Origin: Candidatus Binatia bacterium
GTDB taxonomy: Bacteria > Desulfobacterota > Binatia > UBA9968
Direction of reading: 5' to 3'
NCBI GenBank assembly: GCA_050735975.1
Contig: JBOHVS010000019.1
Span: 7,487-71,486 of the forward strand
DNA: 64,000 bases
The first letter of the stretch is position 1. The number at the start of each line of letters is the position of its first letter. The notes below the pieces were generated by a model, which ran no database searches, was not told the DNA's origin, and saw nothing but the letters and a program-made list of their open reading frames with translations. The position numbers and the translations under genes are program-made. Below, piece by piece: positions 60,179 through 64,000 of this stretch.

Positions 60179-60189
60179 TCACGGCAAAG

Positions 60190-60300
60190 TAGGCTAAGGT
60201 TCAGCCCCTCCTCAACCTAGACCCCAACCTAGCGGAGCACGGTTCGAAGTTCGACGTACGAAACTTAACCTCAGCCTGACCCTTAACCTTCCTTCACCTG
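60190..60300. repeat. Family C hexamer-periodic tracts (CTCAAC|CTAGAC|CCCAAC ... TTAACC|TCAGCC|TGACCC|TTAACC)
   Basis: Same AACCTN/GGYTRA vocabulary as 57528-57579. Lies immediately after the xseB stop. Confidence 0.75.
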
Positions 60301-60470
60301 CCGTTTGCGCGCCGAGGTAGTGAACGTTATTTAATCGGAACGCCTTTGTTATCGAAAGAATTCCTGCGAAACTGTTTACTATCTAAGACGCTACCGCTAC
60401 CGGTGTGAGATAACAGGAGGCATACTGAGGCTTGGCCTTGCAGTGACATCGAAATCATACGAGGTGAACC

Positions 60471-61376
60471 GTGAAACTAGTCATCACCGGCGCTTCGGGT
60501 TTCATAGGATCGGTTCTCGTGGAACGGCTTCGGGGGCAGAACCACTCTCTCACATTACTCAGTCGCAAACCTCCCTCGGGTGCGAAGGTTTCCGATCGCC
60601 AGTGGGTGGCTTGGCAGCCCGGGGCTCCGGGTGAATGGGAGAAGTGGGTTGATGGCGCCGACGGCATCATCAACCTGGCGGGAGAGCCCATCGCGGCGAA
60701 GAAGTGGTCTACGACGCAAAAGGAAAAAATTCGCGCCAGCCGTGTGGATACGACGCGCGCGCTGGTAAGAGCCATCGCGCGGTCGAAGGCTAAGCCGAAG
60801 TTCCTAATCAACGGTTCCGCCGTCGGCTACTATGGGTCGCGGGGTGAGGAAATTTTAACCGAAACGAGTAAACCCGGCCAAGGTTTTTTGGCCGAGGTTT
60901 GCCGCGAGTGGGAAGACGAAGCTCGAAAGGTTGAAACCCAAGGCGTCAGGGTGGTCGTGCTGCGCACCGGCATTGTTTTGGGGCAAGGCAAAGGCGCTTT
61001 AGCGAAAATGATAAAACCGTTCAAATTTTTCGCCGGGGGACCTCTGGGATCGGGTCAACAGTGGATGCCATGGATCCATATCGAGGATGAGGTTGGATTG
61101 ATTCAGTTCTTAATGGAGAGGCCGGATGCCGCCGGTGCTTTCAATGCGACAGCCCCTAATCCCGTAAAGATGGAGGAATTTTGTAAGGCCCTGGGCGACG
61201 CTCTTAACCGCCCCTCTTGGGCGGCTGTGCCCGAGTCCATATTGACGCTTATCCTGGGTGAGATGGCAGACATGCTTTTAACCGGGCAAAGGGTGCTGCC
61301 CGAGGCCGCTCAGCGTCTGGGTTATCTGTTCAGGTATTCGAACGTATCAGAAGCGCTTCAGTCGCTCCGGCTTTAA
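60471..61376 (+). CDS. TIGR01777/YfcH-like epimerase family protein (atypical SDR with DUF1731 C-terminus)
   Basis: 301 aa. GTG start after GAGGTG. Motifs ITGASGFIGSVL and GSGQQWMPWIHIEDEVG. Confidence 0.85.
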   Translation: MKLVITGASGFIGSVLVERLRGQNHSLTLLSRKPPSGAKVSDRQWVAWQPGAPGEWEKWVDGADGIINLAGEPIAAKKWSTTQKEKIRASRVDTTRALVRAIARSKAKPKFLINGSAVGYYGSRGEEILTETSKPGQGFLAEVCREWEDEARKVETQGVRVVVLRTGIVLGQGKGALAKMIKPFKFFAGGPLGSGQQWMPWIHIEDEVGLIQFLMERPDAAGAFNATAPNPVKMEEFCKALGDALNRPSWAAVPESILTLILGEMADMLLTGQRVLPEAAQRLGYLFRYSNVSEALQSLRL

Positions 61377-61457
61377 CTATCGAGTCGCCCCGAGCTGAGG
61401 CGGCGTTTGCAGGTTCGCGAGTTGGCGGGAGCCGAGTTTGAACCCGGCTTTGCCTCA

Positions 61458-62435
61458 ATGGTAAACTGGCGAAACAGCGTGTCAGAGTTAAAGTCAGTGG
61501 CCAACTTCGATATCCAGAACTACCTCAGCACCCGGCGAGCGGCGATTGATCGCGCCCTTGAGCGACACATGAAAGAGCAGTCCGGCCACTCGCAGTCGGT
61601 CTGGCGGGCGATGCGCTACGGTCTTTTTCCGGGTGGGAAAAGAATTCGTCCCGTTCTAACCCTCGCCGCCGGCGAACTTTTCGGCGCTCGAGAAGAAGTT
61701 CTTCTTCCTTTCGCGTGCGCGGTGGAGATGATTCACGCTTATTCGTTGATTCACGATGATCTCCCGGCTTTGGATGACGACGATATGCGACGCGGAGAGC
61801 CTAGCCTGCATAAGGTCTTCGGCGAAGGAGTCGCGTTGTTGGCCGGCGACGGACTGTTGACGGAAGCGTTTCATTTGATATCCAGCCCGGAGGTGGCGCG
61901 GTCCCTTCCCGCCGATAGAGTGCTGAATCTAATGCATGAATTGTCCCATGCCGCCGGCGCCGGGGGCATGGTAGGGGGCCAGGCCTTCGATCTGGAAGCC
62001 GAGGGCAAAGAGGTCGATCTTGCCACCGTGGAATACATTCACGTGCGCAAAACGGGCGCTTTGATCCTCGCTTCGATCCGAATCGGCGCTCAGGCGGCTG
62101 GAGCAAAACCCGAAGAGCTGCGGCGGATTTCCCGGTTCGGAGAGTACCTGGGTTTGGCCTTCCAGATCGCCGACGACATCTTGGACATGCAAGATCCCGC
62201 GATGGAGGGTGAGCCGCAGGAATCGGGACGCAAAGAGCGCAAAAAAGCCACTTATCCTTCCGTCGTGGGTCTGGCTCAAGCCAAGGAACGGCTCCGGCAG
62301 CTGCACGAGCAATGCCACGCGGAGTTGCTGCCGTTCGGGCCGGCTGCGGAGGCGCTAAAAGGAATCGCGCATCAGATCGTAGCGCGCGCAACCCACGAGC
62401 AAGCAAACTTAAACAATCAGGAGATGGGATCATAA
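61458..62435 (+). CDS. ispA: (2E,6E)-farnesyl diphosphate synthase / polyprenyl synthetase
   Basis: First aspartate-rich motif LIHDDLPALDDDDMRRG, second FQIADDILD. Start uncertain (ATG 61458; the track gives TTG 61407). Confidence 0.88.
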   Translation: MVNWRNSVSELKSVANFDIQNYLSTRRAAIDRALERHMKEQSGHSQSVWRAMRYGLFPGGKRIRPVLTLAAGELFGAREEVLLPFACAVEMIHAYSLIHDDLPALDDDDMRRGEPSLHKVFGEGVALLAGDGLLTEAFHLISSPEVARSLPADRVLNLMHELSHAAGAGGMVGGQAFDLEAEGKEVDLATVEYIHVRKTGALILASIRIGAQAAGAKPEELRRISRFGEYLGLAFQIADDILDMQDPAMEGEPQESGRKERKKATYPSVVGLAQAKERLRQLHEQCHAELLPFGPAAEALKGIAHQIVARATHEQANLNNQEMGS

Positions 62436-62436
62436 T

Positions 62437-64000
62437 ATGGCGAGACTGCTGGATGAGATCGAATATCCGAGGGACATTCGGCGTTTGAACGTCGAACAAC
62501 TCGTTACTCTGGCCCAGGAAATGCGCGAGGAGGTGATTTCCGTCGTCTCCGAGGTAGGCGGGCACTTTGCGTCCACTCTCGGAGCGGTCGAGTTAACTCT
62601 CGCGCTTCACTTCGTTTTCAACAGCCCCGAGGATCGCATCGTGTGGGACACGGGCCACCAGGCCTATGCCCATAAGTTGGTCTGCGGCCGGGGCAGCCGC
62701 TTGGGAACCATCCGTCAGCTCGGCGGTCTCAGCGGGTTTTTGAGCCGCGACGAGAGTGAATACGACGTGTTCGGAGCGGGGCACGCCGGCACGTCGATTT
62801 CGGCCGCGCTCGGCATGGTCGTAGCGAAGACCCTCGAACAATCTTCGCGCAAGGTGGTCGCCATTATTAGCGACGGTGGATTGACCGCGGGCCTCACTTT
62901 TGAAGGGCTCAACCAGGCGGGCCATCTCGAGAGAGATCTGATTGTCGTTCTCAACGATAATGCGATGTTTATCGATCCAAGGGTCGGCGCGGTTTCGTCC
63001 TTCTTGAGCAAACAGTTTACCACTGAACTCGGGCTGCGTTTACAAAAAAATCTTTCCGCCTTGCTTCATACACTGCCGAAGGGCGAGAATCTCTTCCAGG
63101 TGGCGCGCAAGGTGAAGGATTCATTTTTAGGGCTTGTGACTCCGGGCTTTCTTTTCGAAAGCTTGGGATTTCAGTACGTCGGTCCGATTGACGGCCACAA
63201 CATTGCGGAAATGGTGACTACGCTGGAAAACGTGAAGAAGATCCAGCGGCCGACTCTCGTCCACGTGCTCACCAGGAAAGGCAAGGGTTATGCGCCGGCT
63301 GAGCATGATCCGGTCAGGTTTCACGCCGTTACGCCGTTCCATGTGCTGACAGGAAAGCCGAAAAAGGAAAAGGGCCCGGTCCCCACCTACACCGACGTTT
63401 TCGCTCAAGCTCTCACTCGGCTAGCCAAACAGAATGGCAAGGTGGTTGCCATTACCGCCGCCATGGGGAGCGGCACGGGAATCGACAAATTCTCGCGCGA
63501 GATTCCCGGACGTGCCTATGACGTCGGTATAGCCGAACAACACGCCGTCACCTTCGCCGCCGGGATGGCGACCGAAGGTTTTATTCCGGTGGTGGCGATT
63601 TACTCGACGTTTCTACAGCGCGGCTACGACGAGATTCTTCACGATGTCTGCGTGCAGAATCTTCACGTGGTTTTTGCTTTGGACCGGGGCGGGCTCGTCG
63701 GCGCTGACGGGCCCACCCATCACGGCGTTTTCGATTTCGCTTACATGCGATCGATTCCGAATCTCGTGATCATGGCGCCGAAGGATGAAAATGAACTGCA
63801 ACATATGCTCAAAACCGCGATCGATTGCCCGGGCCCGGTTTCGCTGCGCTACCCGCGCGGCGAAGGGTGGGGCGTGGGCATGGACGGCGAAATCCGAGCG
63901 CTCGAGATCGGCAGGGCGGAGCTGCTGCGCGACGGTAAGGACCTCGTGCTTGTGGGCATTGGCAATACGGTGATCCCGGCGCTCAAGGCGGCCCAAGATC
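62437..64000 (+). CDS. dxs: 1-deoxy-D-xylulose-5-phosphate synthase, N-terminal ~521 codons; runs off the right edge
   Basis: Not in the ORF track (no stop in window). Hand translation from ATG 62437 gives MARLLDEIEYPRDIRRLNVEQL...GGHFASTLGAVELTLALH...WDTGHQAYAHKL...GHAGTSISAALGM...ISDGGLTAG...VLNDN...GPIDGHN...AEQHAVTFAAGMA...DRGGLVGADGPTHHG. Starts 2 nt after the ispA stop. Confidence 0.93.
   Translation, partial: MARLLDEIEYPRDIRRLNVEQLVTLAQEMREEVISVVSEVGGHFASTLGAVELTLALHFVFNSPEDRIVWDTGHQAYAHKLVCGRGSRLGTIRQLGGLSGFLSRDESEYDVFGAGHAGTSISAALGMVVAKTLEQSSRKVVAIISDGGLTAGLTFEGLNQAGHLERDLIVVLNDNAMFIDPRVGAVSSFLSKQFTTELGLRLQKNLSALLHTLPKGENLFQVARKVKDSFLGLVTPGFLFESLGFQYVGPIDGHNIAEMVTTLENVKKIQRPTLVHVLTRKGKGYAPAEHDPVRFHAVTPFHVLTGKPKKEKGPVPTYTDVFAQALTRLAKQNGKVVAITAAMGSGTGIDKFSREIPGRAYDVGIAEQHAVTFAAGMATEGFIPVVAIYSTFLQRGYDEILHDVCVQNLHVVFALDRGGLVGADGPTHHGVFDFAYMRSIPNLVIMAPKDENELQHMLKTAIDCPGPVSLRYPRGEGWGVGMDGEIRALEIGRAELLRDGKDLVLVGIGNTVIPALKAAQD

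Overview
64-kb window from a GC-rich (mid/high-50s % by eye) diderm bacterium. It is almost fully coding: about 60 protein genes, and I recognised no rRNA, tRNA, CRISPR array, transposase or integrase. Layout: (i) 1-24 kb, minus strand: a long outer-membrane/LPS supercluster. Read in transcription order it runs lysS, lolC/E-lolD, bamA-skp-lpxD-fabZ-lpxA-lpxI, a gnnA-like Gfo/Idh/MocA gene, lpxB-msbA-waaA-lpxK-gmhB and an epimerase. It continues with a VOC-like orphan, a ycaR-like gene, two GT9 heptosyltransferases interleaved with two LPS/Kdo kinases, and an ArnT-like glycosyltransferase cut by the left edge. (ii) 24-31 kb: metF, a truncated globin, and a Gram-positive-style SUF operon (Rrf2-sufC-sufD-sufS-sufU-sufT-DUF59) with no sufB. 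(iii) 31-41 kb: def, a stand-alone cofH, then an accessory stretch of lipoproteins, an orphan TctC-like binding protein, a signal-peptide methyltransferase, a Rieske oxygenase + VOC pair and a SET-domain protein. (iv) 41-45 kb: tesA divergent from ybbA-ybbP. (v) 45.05-45.96 kb: a small A+T-richer islet with an orphan winged-helix protein and structured non-coding DNA. (vi) 46-53 kb: LOG-family, DUF1932 oxidoreductase, TPP enzyme, SirB1-like protein and an orphan 749-aa B12-binding radical SAM protein. (vii) 53-64 kb: ftsE-ftsX-envC-ctpA, then xseA-M23 peptidase-xseB-yfcH-like-ispA-dxs, with dxs running off the right edge. I found no clear multi-gene novel system such as a defence island. The most unusual directly visible signal is that nearly every intergenic gap over ~80 bp holds imperfect palindromic repeats. 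There are at least four families: A (CTGCTGAAAAAGNCTCATATGC core), B (9-bp periodic CACGAAG arms), C (6- and 7-bp periodic arms) and D (CTCGAC..GCTCAGGGCGA..). These repeats also explain several spurious ORF-track entries and N-terminal extensions. Other leads are the orphan B12-rSAM protein, the A+T-rich islet, the sufB-less SUF operon, the bacterial SET protein with a tandem direct repeat upstream, and an active M23 peptidase wedged between xseA and xseB. All functional calls rest on motif recognition by eye; no database search was run.
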